64,000 nt of DNA from Candidatus Eiseniibacteriota bacterium (GTDB lineage: Bacteria; Eisenbacteria; RBG-16-71-46; SZUA-252). Shown here piece by piece: positions 1 through 10,002 of the stretch (its first letter is position 1; each line of letters opens with the position of its first letter). The stretch lies in the NCBI GenBank assembly GCA_005893305.1, contig VBOZ01000017.1, forward strand, positions 12,853-76,852, in the 5' to 3' direction. The translations under genes and the position numbers were made by a program. Below the pieces are notes generated by a model. The model saw nothing but the letters and a program-made list of their open reading frames with translations. It made no database searches and was not told the DNA's origin.

Positions 1-9
1 ATACCATGG

Positions 10-101
10 GGAGAGGTGGCCGAGTGGCTGAAGGCAGCCGCCTGCTAAGCGGTTGACTGGGTAAAACCGGTCCGGAGGTTCGAATCCTCTCCTCTCCGCC
101 A
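10..101 (+). tRNA. tRNA-Ser (anticodon GCU), class II long variable arm, CCA encoded
   Basis: Acceptor ggagagg/cctctcc, T-arm ggttcgaatcc, anticodon loop ct-GCT-aa, long extra arm; ends gcca. Confidence 0.85.
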
Positions 102-126
102 TCTCGGATTCCGGGACTCGAGTTGC

Positions 127-203
127 GCGCCCATAGCTCAACTGGATAGAGTGTCTGACTACGGATCAGAAGGTTGGGGGTTCAAATCCTCCTGGGCGCG
201 CCA
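127..203 (+). tRNA. tRNA-Arg (anticodon ACG), the A34->I editing substrate of TadA
   Basis: Acceptor gcgccca/tgggcgc, D-arm agctcaactggatagagt, anticodon loop ct-ACG-ga, T-arm ggttcaaatcc, 3' gcca. Confidence 0.85.
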
Positions 204-286
204 CTACTTAATCTTGGAGCCGCGATTTTGACGAGCCGTCGCCTTCATTCCCCGCGCCGATAGCCGCCCCGCAGAGGTAAAAGATC

Positions 287-1443
<1,157 letters not shown>

Positions 1444-1468
1444 GCCGCCTTCACGTATTCTCCCCGAC

Positions 1469-1558
<90 letters not shown>

Positions 1559-1603
1559 TTAGACGACGGCGCGCGAGGAAGCGCGCGTGCACCTTAGCTT
1601 CCC

Positions 1604-1693
1604 GGAGAGATGTCCGAGTGGCTGAAGGAGCACGGTTGGAAACCGTGTAAGCATGAAAGTGCTTCGAGGGTTCGAATCCCTCTCTCTCCGCCA
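1604..1693 (+). tRNA. tRNA-Ser (anticodon GGA)
   Basis: Same acceptor/T-arm architecture as preceding Ser tRNA; anticodon loop ttGGAaa; long variable arm. Confidence 0.85.
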
Positions 1694-1718
1694 GTCTCAC
1701 AGGTTACCCAAGTGCCGT

Positions 1719-1794
1719 GGGGATGTAGCTCAGTTGGGAGAGCGCCTCGTTCGCAACGAGGAGGTCACCGGTTCGATCCCGGTCATCTCCACCA
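1719..1794 (+). tRNA. tRNA-Ala (anticodon CGC) with G3:U70 identity pair
   Basis: ggggatgtagctcagttgggagagcgcctcgttCGCaacgagg...ggttcgatcccggtcatctccacca; G3-U70 wobble in acceptor stem. Confidence 0.9.
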
Positions 1795-1865
1795 GTTTTC
1801 TCACGCACGGCAATCGGCCCACGGGCCCCGGAGTCCGGGCGCTGGCCTCCTCGTGGCTTGGCGTT

Positions 1866-1972
1866 GACGGCCAGTTCCCGCGCAATCGAGAGTCACGAAC
1901 TCCGTCAGGACCGGAAGGTAGCAGCGGTCAGTGATCGCCTCGATGTGCCGCGGATCCAACTGACCCGAGCCA
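1866..1972 (+). ncRNA. ffs: signal recognition particle RNA (4.5S / small SRP RNA, ffs); ends approximate (+/-10 nt)
   Basis: Domain IV signature gtcaggaccGGAAggtagcagc (cf. E. coli GGUCAGGUCCGGAAGGAAGCAGC) with GGAA tetraloop at 1913-1916 and conserved AGG/AGC symmetric loop; flanking arms pair (ggccagtt/aactgacc, cccgcg/cgcgg, gtcac/gtgat, cgag/ctcg) into the long SRP hairpin; sits immediately upstream of dnaX as in Bacillus (scr-dnaX). Confidence 0.7.
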
Positions 1973-2030
1973 GAAGCGGGGGGGCCGTCACCGGGCCTCC
2001 CGGAAGATCCCCGGCCCGTTAGGAGGCCCC

Positions 2031-3794
2031 TTGTCCCACCTCGCACTCGCACGCAAGTACAGGCCCCAGCGATTCGCCGACCTGGTCGGCCAGGATCCGA
2101 TCCGGACGACGCTCGAGCGCGCGGTCGCGACGAACCGGGTCGCGCACGCGTATCTCTTCGCCGGTCCCCGAGGGAGCGGAAAGACGACCACCGCGCGCCT
2201 CGTGGCGAAGGCGATGAATTGCGCGAAGCGGCCGGACGGCGAGGCCGAGCCCTGCAACGAATGTCCCTCCTGCCTCGAGATCACCGCGGGGACCTCGATG
2301 GACGTGCTCGAGATCGACGGCGCGTCGAATCGCGGCATCGAGGAGATCCGGAATCTGCGCGAAAACGTGAAGTACGCGCCATCGGGCGGCAAGTCGAAGG
2401 TCTACATCATCGACGAGGCGCATCAGCTGACCGACTTCGCGTGGAACGCGTTATTGAAGACGCTGGAAGAGCCGCCCGCGCACGTCCGATTCGTCTTCGC
2501 CACGACGGAGCCTCTCGAGGTTCCCGACACGATCGCCTCCCGCTGCCAGGTCTTCGAGTTCCGCCGGCTCCGGGCCGAGGAGCTGGTTCGCCACTTGATG
2601 GACGTGGCCAAGGCGGAGGGGGCGAAGCTGGACGACGACGCTGCGGTCTTGATCGCCCGCGCTTCCGAGGGGAGCGTGCGCGACGCGTTGAGCCGCCTCG
2701 ACCAGGCTCTCTCGGTCTCGCCCGATGGGGTCACGGCTGCGGTCGTGGCCCAGGCGCTCGGTCTGGCCGGTCTCGACGCCTACTTCGAGTTGGGGGAGGC
2801 GCTCGCGGCGCGCGATCCGAAGGCGGCCCTCGAGACGCTCGACCGGCTCCACGACCGCGGGATGGACGTGGAGGAGGTGGCGGACGGTCTGACCCATCAC
2901 CTGCGCCAGCTCCTCCTCGTCGCGGTCGATCCCTCGCTTGCGCGCCTCATCGATGCGGCGCCCTCGGACCGCGAGCGCTACGCCGCCCAGGCGGTGCGAT
3001 TTCAGGCGAACGATCTGAGCGCGATGCTCGCCCTGCTATTGGAGACCCGGGGCCAGCTTCGCCGGGCGGAAGCTCCGCGCGTCCTGCTCGAGGTCTGCTT
3101 GGTCGAGCTTTGCACGCTTCCGAGCGCCGCCGACGTGGGTAGCTTGATTGCGCGGCTCGAGGCGCTCGAGAGGCGGCTGGGAGGCGCGGCGCCGCCCCGA
3201 CGCGCATTGGAGTCGCAGGCGCGTCCAGCCCCACCCGGTCCGCCCGCGCCCGCGGCCACACGCGCACCGGCGCCCGCGCGGGCCGCGGTCACACCGCCCC
3301 GAAGCGCCGAACCTCACCCTCCCCCCGCCGAGCGCACGACGGCGATCGAGCCCGCTGTGGCCATCGAGCCCGCTGGGGAAGGGGACGCCGTCGTCCGGTG
3401 GCGCCAGGCGGTCGACCGCGTGAAGGAACGGAAGCTTCTCCTGGGCACCTGCCTGGAGGAGGGCCTGTTCCTCGGCATCGCGGGCTCCAATGTCCGCGTG
3501 GCCCTCTCGCCGGAGCACGCGTTCCACCGGGCGATGCTGGAGATGAAGGAGAACCGCGAGATCCTGAATCAGGAGTTCGAGCGACTCTACGGCCGGGGCG
3601 CCACGCTCGTCTGCGTGAACAGCGACCAGGCGGTCTCGGGCTCCGGATATCAGGTGCGCCCCACGACCCGGGAGGCGGAGCTCGACGAAGAAAGCGCCCA
3701 GGACGGCGCCGAAGACGGGCTGGTGCAGCGCATCGTGGATCTCTTCGACGGCGAGATCTTGAAGCCCGGCCCCCAGGGGAGCGGCGCGTCGTGA
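2031..3794 (+). CDS. dnaX: DNA polymerase III subunit tau/gamma DnaX
   Basis: N-terminus YRPQRFADLVGQ...AYLFAGPRGSGKTT (clamp-loader AAA+), Cys4 zinc module CNECPSC; TTG start 10 nt after AGGAGG; Pro/Ala-rich linker then tau C-domain. Confidence 0.95.
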   Translation: MSHLALARKYRPQRFADLVGQDPIRTTLERAVATNRVAHAYLFAGPRGSGKTTTARLVAKAMNCAKRPDGEAEPCNECPSCLEITAGTSMDVLEIDGASNRGIEEIRNLRENVKYAPSGGKSKVYIIDEAHQLTDFAWNALLKTLEEPPAHVRFVFATTEPLEVPDTIASRCQVFEFRRLRAEELVRHLMDVAKAEGAKLDDDAAVLIARASEGSVRDALSRLDQALSVSPDGVTAAVVAQALGLAGLDAYFELGEALAARDPKAALETLDRLHDRGMDVEEVADGLTHHLRQLLLVAVDPSLARLIDAAPSDRERYAAQAVRFQANDLSAMLALLLETRGQLRRAEAPRVLLEVCLVELCTLPSAADVGSLIARLEALERRLGGAAPPRRALESQARPAPPGPPAPAATRAPAPARAAVTPPRSAEPHPPPAERTTAIEPAVAIEPAGEGDAVVRWRQAVDRVKERKLLLGTCLEEGLFLGIAGSNVRVALSPEHAFHRAMLEMKENREILNQEFERLYGRGATLVCVNSDQAVSGSGYQVRPTTREAELDEESAQDGAEDGLVQRIVDLFDGEILKPGPQGSGAS

Positions 3795-4102
3795 ACATCC
3801 AGCAAATGATGAAGCAGGCCCAGGCGCTCCAGGCCAAGATGGCCCAAATGCAGGCGGAGCTGAAGACGCGCGAGCTCGTAGGGGCCTCCGGCGGCGGGAA
3901 GGTGAAGGTCACGATGAACGGCGCGCAGGAGGTCACCGCGATCTCGATCGATCCGAGCGTGGTGAATCCGACCGAGGCGGACCTCCTGGAAGACCTGGTT
4001 CTCGCTGCGCTCAAAGACGCCCGGGGCAAGGTGACGCGCATGGTCGAGGAGGAGATGGGCCGCGTCACCGGCGGCATGGGTCTCCCGCCGGGGCTCTTCT
4101 AG
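3791..4102 (+). CDS. ybaB: nucleoid-associated protein YbaB/EbfC
   Basis: MMKQAQALQAKMAQMQAEL...GGGKVKVTMNG...AAxKDA motif; GTG overlaps dnaX stop; canonical dnaX-ybaB-recR order. Confidence 0.9.
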   Translation: MNIQQMMKQAQALQAKMAQMQAELKTRELVGASGGGKVKVTMNGAQEVTAISIDPSVVNPTEADLLEDLVLAALKDARGKVTRMVEEEMGRVTGGMGLPPGLF

Positions 4103-4107
4103 CCCGA

Positions 4108-4710
4108 ATGCAGTTCTCCAGCGCCCTCCTCGAGGCCCTGCTCGCCGAGCTGACCCGCCTGCCCGGAGTGGGGCGGAAATCCGCCCAGCGGATCGCGTTC
4201 CATCTCCTCCGCTCCCCGGAAGCCGACTCGAAGAGGCTGGCCGCGGCGATCGTGGATTTGAAGGCAAACGTCCACGACTGCTCGATTTGCGGCAACGTGA
4301 CCGAGACCGACCCGTGCGCCCTCTGCACCGATCCGCGACGTGAATCGACGACCCTCTGCGTCGTCGAGCAGCCCATGGACGTGCTCGCGCTGGAGCGGAC
4401 CGGCGAGTTCAAGGGGCGGTACCACGTCTTGAAGGGCGCGCTCTCGCCGGTCGACGGCATCGGCCCCGACCAGCTTCGCCTGCGGGAGCTCTTAAATCGC
4501 GTCGATAATGGCGGTTTCACTGAGGTGATCGTTGCCACCAACCCCACGGCCCAGGGCGAGGCCACGGCCCTCTACATCGCCCGCCTCCTTCAACCGAAGC
4601 AGGGAGTGAAGGTCACGCGGATCGCGCGCGGGGTCCCGATGGGGTCCGACCTCGAGTTCTCCGACCAGGTCACCCTGGCGCGCGCCCTGACGGGCCGAAA
4701 AGAGATATAA
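4108..4710 (+). CDS. recR: recombination protein RecR
   Basis: HhH LPGVGRKSAQRIAFHLL, C4 zinc finger CSICGNVTETDPCALC, Toprim domain; 200 aa. Confidence 0.95.
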   Translation: MQFSSALLEALLAELTRLPGVGRKSAQRIAFHLLRSPEADSKRLAAAIVDLKANVHDCSICGNVTETDPCALCTDPRRESTTLCVVEQPMDVLALERTGEFKGRYHVLKGALSPVDGIGPDQLRLRELLNRVDNGGFTEVIVATNPTAQGEATALYIARLLQPKQGVKVTRIARGVPMGSDLEFSDQVTLARALTGRKEI

Positions 4711-4943
4711 GTCCCTGATTTTTGGTAGTTTCCCCTTGACCGACTAGGGGGACGTGTTAGGTTTCCGCAAAATTCCTTGAGGGAGCACCGCGCGGAGGAT
4801 GGGCCGCGCGGAATCGTGGCCGTGGGGGAAGTGGTTTCGCTGCCGCCTTTACGCGGGCGAGGGTAGGACACCCCTCGATTCCGCGTCCACAAGGGTCGGC
4901 GGTACCACGCCGCGAAGCCAAAGGTGTCCAAGGAGCCGAGATA

Positions 4944-5447
4944 ATGGTCAAGGGGAACTGGGCGCTCTTCGAGGAAGACTTCTATTCGATGACCCTCATC
5001 CTCCAGACGTTGATGAGGACCGCCAACTCGCGCAGCGTGATGCTGATCGACAAGACGGGCCAGCTCATCAGCACCGTGGGGACACCACCCGATTTCGACG
5101 TCATCTCCTTCTCGTCCCTCGCGGCGGCCGATTTCGGCGCCAACGCGGAGCTGGCGAAGATGGTCGGTGAAAAGGACTTCGCCACCCTCGTCCACCAGGG
5201 GAAGGACGACAGCCTCTACCTCTCGATGATCGCGAACCGCGTGATCCTGGTCGTGCTCTTCGACAAGAAGACCTCGCTCGGCCTCGTGCGGTTGAAGGCG
5301 AAGCGGGCATCGGACGACCTCCAGGTCGTGCTGGACAAGGTTTTCAACAAGTTGCAGTACAAGAACGAGGACATCGCGACGACGACCCTCGGAGCGGACT
5401 TCGCGGCCGAAGCGGAAAGCGAGATCGACAGCCTCTTCAAAGACTAG
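4944..5447 (+). CDS. mglB: MglB roadblock/LC7-family GTPase-activating protein
   Basis: Strong similarity to Myxococcus MglB ([48 protein letters not shown], acidic C-terminal SEIDSLFKD); AAGGAG RBS 7 nt upstream. Confidence 0.85.
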   Translation: MVKGNWALFEEDFYSMTLILQTLMRTANSRSVMLIDKTGQLISTVGTPPDFDVISFSSLAAADFGANAELAKMVGEKDFATLVHQGKDDSLYLSMIANRVILVVLFDKKTSLGLVRLKAKRASDDLQVVLDKVFNKLQYKNEDIATTTLGADFAAEAESEIDSLFKD

Positions 5448-5461
5448 GAGCCCAAAGCTTC

Positions 5462-6040
5462 GTGTCGCTGATCAATTACTCGTCCCGCGAGATCAACTGC
5501 AAGATCGTCTACTACGGTCCGGGTCTCTGCGGGAAGACCACGAATCTCCAACACATCTATTCGAGGGTTCCACAGGATACGCGGGGGAAGATGATTTCCC
5601 TCGCAACCGAGATGGACCGGACCCTCTTCTTCGACTTTCTTCCGCTCGAGCTGGGCCAGATCCGCGGATTCCGCACCCGATTCCACCTGTATACCGTCCC
5701 CGGCCAGGTCTACTACAACGCGAGCAGAAAGCTCATCTTGAAGGGGGTCGACGGGCTCGTCTTCGTCGCGGACTCCCAGATCGACCGCTTCGAGGCGAAC
5801 ATCGAGAGCCTCGTGAACATGCACGACAACTTAGCCGAGCATGGCCTCTCGTCCGAAAAGGTTCCGCTCGTGATCCAATACAACAAGCGCGATCTCCCGC
5901 GCGTCGTGTCCGTACCCGATCTCGAGAAGGAGTTGAACCCGAAGGGCGTTCCGTTCTACGAAGCCGTCGCGCTCCGGGGCACGGGGGTGTTCGACACCCT
6001 CAAGCTGACCTGTAAGCTCGTCCTGAAGACCCTCGGCTAG
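5462..6040 (+). CDS. mglA: MglA Ras-like polarity/motility GTPase
   Basis: Near-identical motifs to M. xanthus MglA: [73 protein letters not shown]; GTG start. Confidence 0.95.
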   Translation: MSLINYSSREINCKIVYYGPGLCGKTTNLQHIYSRVPQDTRGKMISLATEMDRTLFFDFLPLELGQIRGFRTRFHLYTVPGQVYYNASRKLILKGVDGLVFVADSQIDRFEANIESLVNMHDNLAEHGLSSEKVPLVIQYNKRDLPRVVSVPDLEKELNPKGVPFYEAVALRGTGVFDTLKLTCKLVLKTLG

Positions 6041-6044
6041 CCGC

Positions 6045-6503
6045 ATGCGGCGCCTCGCCGTCTTGCTCGCGACGGGCTTCGGCGTCGGCTACATCCCGCT
6101 CGCTCCCGCCTCGTGGGCGTCGCTCGGCACCGCGCTCTGCCTCCTCCCGTTCCTGCCCCGCTTCGACCCCTGGATCCTCGGGGCCGTCATCCTCGCGGTG
6201 ACCGCGCTCGGCGTTTGGGCGGCCGGCGAGGCGGAGCGCCCGCTCGGCCGCGATGCCGGCCCGATCGTGATCGACGAAATCGCGGGGATGCTTCTCGCCG
6301 TGTGGGCGGTCCCGCTCGGGAGCAGGCCGCTCGTCATGCTCGCCCTCGCGTTCGTGCTCTTCCGATGCCTCGACGTCTGGAAGCCGTTCCCGATCCGCCA
6401 GAGCCAGCACCTTCCCGGAGGCTGGGGGGTCATGGTCGACGACATCCTGGCCGCCGCCGTGACGAACCTTCTCCTGCGCGCCGCCGCGCTCGTGGTCCGA
6501 TGA
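6045..6503 (+). CDS. pgpA: phosphatidylglycerophosphatase A
   Basis: GFGVGYIPLAPASWASLG...IDEIAGM...CLDVWKPFPI PgpA family motifs; 152 aa. Confidence 0.8.
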   Translation: MRRLAVLLATGFGVGYIPLAPASWASLGTALCLLPFLPRFDPWILGAVILAVTALGVWAAGEAERPLGRDAGPIVIDEIAGMLLAVWAVPLGSRPLVMLALAFVLFRCLDVWKPFPIRQSQHLPGGWGVMVDDILAAAVTNLLLRAAALVVR

Positions 6504-7744
6504 GCGCCGAGGTGATCACGATCGGTACCGAGCTCCTGCACGGTCTCGTCCGCGACACGAACTCCGGGCGCATCGTGGAGCAGCTGGCCTCGATCGGGGT
6601 CGAGGTCCTCTACCTGACGACGGTGGGCGACGACACGGGGCGAATGGCCGAGATCTTTCGCGCCGCGGCGCACCGGGCGAAGACGGTCGTGACCACAGGC
6701 GGGCTCGGCCCCACCTCCGACGACGTGACCCGCAAAGCGATCGCGACCGTATTTCGCCGCCGCCTCATTCTCGACGAGGCGGTGCTCGATCGAATCCGCG
6801 CCCGCTTTCGGGAGCGCGGGATCGACATGCCGGCGATGAACGAGTCGCAGGCGCTGGTCCCGAAGGGGGCGATCATCATCGAAAACCCCCGCGGGAGCGC
6901 GCCGGGGCTCCACTTGACCCACCTGGAGGCGGACTTCTTCTGCCTCCCCGGCGTTCCGTCCGAGGCCGAGGCGATGATGGAGCAGTACGTCCTCCCGTAC
7001 CTCCGCTCCCGCCGCGTCGGGATGGAAATGGCTCGGCGTGTCGTTCGCACGATCGGGATCTCCGAATCGTCCATGGCCGAGCGGCTCCAGAAGATCGAGG
7101 CCGAGGAGTCGATGGTGAAGATCGGCTATCTGCCGCACTCCTCGGGCGTCGACATCACGCTCGCCGCAGCCGCTCCCGAGGCCGCCTGGGTGCTCGACGC
7201 GATCGAGCGGTGCGAGCGCCGGGTCAAGGAGGCGGCGGGGGAGCACGTCTACGGCGGCGGGCAGGAGTCGCTCTCGGCCGCGCTCGGGGCGATCCTCGCG
7301 GAGCAGAACCTCACGATCGCGACGGCCGAGTCGTTCACCGGCGGCGCGATCGGGGCCGCGATCACGGAGACGCCGGGCGCCTCGCGGTACTACATGGGAG
7401 GCGTCGTCGCCTACTCGAACCGCGCGAAGCTGGAGATCCTGGGCGTCAAGGGCCCGACCCTGGAACGGCACGGCGCGGTGAGCGCCGAGGTGGCAGCGGA
7501 GATGGCCTCGGGCGCCCGCAAGCGTTTCGAATGCGATCTGGCCCTCTCCAGCACCGGAATCGCCGGCCCCGAAGGGGGAACGGTCGAGAAGCCTGTAGGG
7601 CTGGTCTACCTCGGCCTCGCGACCCGCGAGGGCACGCGGAGCTCAAGGCACGTGCTGGGCGGCACGCGCTCGGAGATCATCGCGCGGTCGGCCGCCTACG
7701 CTCTCGATCTGGCCCGCCGCCAACTCGCTCTCTCGCGCAGGTGA
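6500..7744 (+). CDS. cinA: CinA / NMN amidohydrolase (competence-damage inducible protein)
   Basis: MSAEVITIGTELLHG...TTGGLGPTSDDVT (MoCF-binding domain) and C-terminal CinA domain TAESFTGG; ATG overlaps pgpA stop. Confidence 0.9.
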   Translation: MSAEVITIGTELLHGLVRDTNSGRIVEQLASIGVEVLYLTTVGDDTGRMAEIFRAAAHRAKTVVTTGGLGPTSDDVTRKAIATVFRRRLILDEAVLDRIRARFRERGIDMPAMNESQALVPKGAIIIENPRGSAPGLHLTHLEADFFCLPGVPSEAEAMMEQYVLPYLRSRRVGMEMARRVVRTIGISESSMAERLQKIEAEESMVKIGYLPHSSGVDITLAAAAPEAAWVLDAIERCERRVKEAAGEHVYGGGQESLSAALGAILAEQNLTIATAESFTGGAIGAAITETPGASRYYMGGVVAYSNRAKLEILGVKGPTLERHGAVSAEVAAEMASGARKRFECDLALSSTGIAGPEGGTVEKPVGLVYLGLATREGTRSSRHVLGGTRSEIIARSAAYALDLARRQLALSRR

Positions 7745-8301
7745 CGCGGACCTTCATCGCGTTGATGATCCCGTCCGACTGGACGGACTACCTCGGGGCG
7801 ATTTCCCGGGAGCTTGCGTCGAAGATGCGGGGCCTCTCGTGGGTCCGTCCCGAGAATCTGCACATCACGCTCCGATTCCTCGGGGACCTCGACGACGCGG
7901 GGGTCCAGCGCGTCTGCGATCTGGTGATCCGGGAGACCGGGGAGGCCGTGGCGCCTCACGCCCGCCTGGGGCCGATCGGCGCGTTTCCGAATTTGAATCG
8001 CCCGCGCGTCGTCTGGGTCGGGTTGGCCGAGGGGGAGGAGGCCGTCTCCGCCATTGCCCGCGGGGTGAATGACGCGTTGGGGCGCGGGGGGTTCGGCGAG
8101 CCGGAGAAACCGTTCCGGCCGCACCTGACGCTCGCGCGCGTGCGGGAGAGCGCCAGGGGTCTGGAGGCGCTCCGGGACGCTGTCCTTGCGCCGGCTCCGC
8201 ACGCGGCGCCCCTCGAGCGCATCTGCGTGATGAAAAGTGAACTACACCCGGCCGGAGCCCGGTATACTGCGCTCACTGAAGCCCGACTTCGACGTCCTTA
8301 A
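7741..8301 (+). CDS. thpR: RNA 2',3'-cyclic phosphodiesterase (2'-5' RNA ligase LigT/ThpR family)
   Basis: Two HxTL motifs ([15 protein letters not shown]) of 2H phosphoesterases; GTG overlapping cinA stop; cinA-ligT-recA arrangement. Confidence 0.8.
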   Translation: MTRTFIALMIPSDWTDYLGAISRELASKMRGLSWVRPENLHITLRFLGDLDDAGVQRVCDLVIRETGEAVAPHARLGPIGAFPNLNRPRVVWVGLAEGEEAVSAIARGVNDALGRGGFGEPEKPFRPHLTLARVRESARGLEALRDAVLAPAPHAAPLERICVMKSELHPAGARYTALTEARLRRP

Positions 8302-8366
8302 ATTTCGCCCCGGCCCGAACCGGTCCCGGCACGGACCGCCAGAAACAGATCAGGGGGAATCGCGAC

Positions 8367-9473
8367 ATGGCAGGGAACACGTCCACGAGCCCATCGGCCA
8401 GGGATGCAAGCAACAAGGAGCGCTCGAAGGCGCTCGAGCTCGCGGTACAGCAGATCGAGCGCCAGTTCGGCAAGGGCGCGATCATGAAGCTGGGGGAGGA
8501 CTCGGCGCGCGTCCAGGTCGAGACGATCCCGACCGGCTCGATCCTGCTCGACGCGGCGCTCGGAGTCGGCGGCGTGCCGCGGGGGCGCGTCATCGAGATT
8601 TACGGCCCCGAATCGTCGGGCAAGACGACGCTCGCGCTGACCGTTATCGCCCAGGCCCAAAAGGCCGGCGGGCACGCGGTCTTCATCGACGCCGAGCACG
8701 CGCTCGACGCGAACTACGCGAAGCGGATCGGGGTCGACATCGACAGCCTCCACGTCTCTCAGCCCGACACCGGAGAGGAGGCGCTCGAGATCGCCGAGCA
8801 CCTCGTGCGGAGCGGCGCGGTCGACATCATCGTGATCGACTCGGTGGCGGCCCTGGTTCCGAAGGCCGAAATCGAAGGAGAAATGGGTGACTCGCACATG
8901 GGGCTTCAGGCGCGCCTCATGTCGCAGGCGCTGCGCAAGCTCACCGGAACGATCTCGAAATCGAAGACGACGGTGGTCTTCATCAACCAGATCCGCATGC
9001 AGATCGGCGTCATGTTCGGCAATCCGGAGACGACGACCGGCGGGCGCGCGCTCAAGTTCTACGCGTCGATCCGGCTGGACATTCGACGCATCGGCGCGAT
9101 CAAGGAAGGCGACAACAACATCGGCAGCCGCGTGAAGGTGAAGGTGGTGAAGAACAAGGTCGCGGCTCCCTTCAAGGAGGCCGAGTTCGACATCCTCTTC
9201 AACGAGGGAATCTCCCGGCAAGGGGAGCTTCTCGACCTGGCGGTCGATCGGAACATGATCCAGAAGAGCGGGACCTGGTTCTCCTATGGCGAAGAGCGGA
9301 TCGGACAGGGACGGGAGAACGCCCGGCTCTGGCTGAAGGAGCACCCGGACGCGACGGTGGAGCTCGAAGGGAAGCTGCGCGAGGCGCTTGGCCTCACGCG
9401 GCCCGCCCAGGATGGGGACCAACCCGCCGCGGCGACCCCGGAAGCCAGAGGAGAGCGCCGGGTCCGGATCTGA
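8367..9473 (+). CDS. recA: recombinase RecA
   Basis: GPESSGKTT Walker [10 protein letters not shown]1/L2 loop motifs; 368 aa. Confidence 0.97.
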   Translation: MAGNTSTSPSARDASNKERSKALELAVQQIERQFGKGAIMKLGEDSARVQVETIPTGSILLDAALGVGGVPRGRVIEIYGPESSGKTTLALTVIAQAQKAGGHAVFIDAEHALDANYAKRIGVDIDSLHVSQPDTGEEALEIAEHLVRSGAVDIIVIDSVAALVPKAEIEGEMGDSHMGLQARLMSQALRKLTGTISKSKTTVVFINQIRMQIGVMFGNPETTTGGRALKFYASIRLDIRRIGAIKEGDNNIGSRVKVKVVKNKVAAPFKEAEFDILFNEGISRQGELLDLAVDRNMIQKSGTWFSYGEERIGQGRENARLWLKEHPDATVELEGKLREALGLTRPAQDGDQPAAATPEARGERRVRI

Positions 9474-9477
9474 GGCG

Positions 9478-10002
9478 ATGCCGCTTCGACCGGATCGGGC
9501 AATTTCGGAGGACGCGGCCAAGGAGGCCGCGCTCCGGATCTTGGAGCGCGGACCGAGGACCGAGCAGGAGGTCTTCGACCGGCTCCTGGCACGAGGATTC
9601 GTCCAAGACGCGGTGGAGCGCGCCATCGAGCGGCTCCGCCGCGTCTCACTTCTGGACGACCGCGCCTTCATGCGCACCTTTCTCCGGACCGAGATCCCGC
9701 GCCGCCCGCAGGGACGCCGGCTCCTCGTCGTGAAGCTCAGGCGAAGAGGAATCCCGGCCGCGCTTCTCGAGGAGCTCGATCAGCTCCTCGCGGAGGACCC
9801 CGATCTCGCGGAGCGGTCGCTCGACACCGAGGAGGGAAGGGCGCGGGCCGCGCTCGCGCAGATGGAGCGGCGCCTTGCCCGGCGCGACGCCGCGGATCGC
9901 GCCCGCCGCATGCAAGGAGCCTTGGTGCGGCGCGGGTTCGACTGGAGCACCGTGCGCGATCTTGTGACCTACGCGAGAGACGAGGGCCAAGAGCCACACT
10001 GA
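9478..10002 (+). CDS. recX: RecA regulator RecX
   Basis: Three-helix repeat RecX pattern (ALRILERGPRTEQEV...RAFMRTFL); follows recA, precedes alaS as in E. coli. Confidence 0.85.
   Translation: MPLRPDRAISEDAAKEAALRILERGPRTEQEVFDRLLARGFVQDAVERAIERLRRVSLLDDRAFMRTFLRTEIPRRPQGRRLLVVKLRRRGIPAALLEELDQLLAEDPDLAERSLDTEEGRARAALAQMERRLARRDAADRARRMQGALVRRGFDWSTVRDLVTYARDEGQEPH

Noticed and set aside
2031-3794. Programmed -1 frameshift site (A AAA AAG) for gamma subunit production in dnaX
   Set aside because: No slippery heptamer or downstream stem-loop of the E. coli type seen in this high-GC gene.
4799-5170. 123-aa ORF upstream of and overlapping mglB
   Set aside because: Arg-rich, no RBS, overlaps the well-supported mglB gene in another frame; the region before 4944 is better explained as the mglB leader/promoter.
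6089-7471. Long minus-strand ORFs (e.g. 6089-7471, 8298-9677, 31486-33048, 34644-37082, 46850-48472, 48536-50653) of 400-800 aa
   Set aside because: They run antisense to strongly conserved genes (cinA, recA, selA/SPOR, smc, nuoD/F, nuoG), have Arg/Pro/Gly-rich low-complexity translations and no recognisable domains. They are the expected stop-codon-poor artefacts of ~67% GC DNA.
8302-8366. LexA/SOS box upstream of recA
   Set aside because: I looked for CTGT-N8-ACAG, GAAC-N4-GTTC and GTTC-N7-GTTC patterns; only an ACCGGT palindrome (cgaACCGGTcc) is present, which matches no known LexA consensus convincingly.
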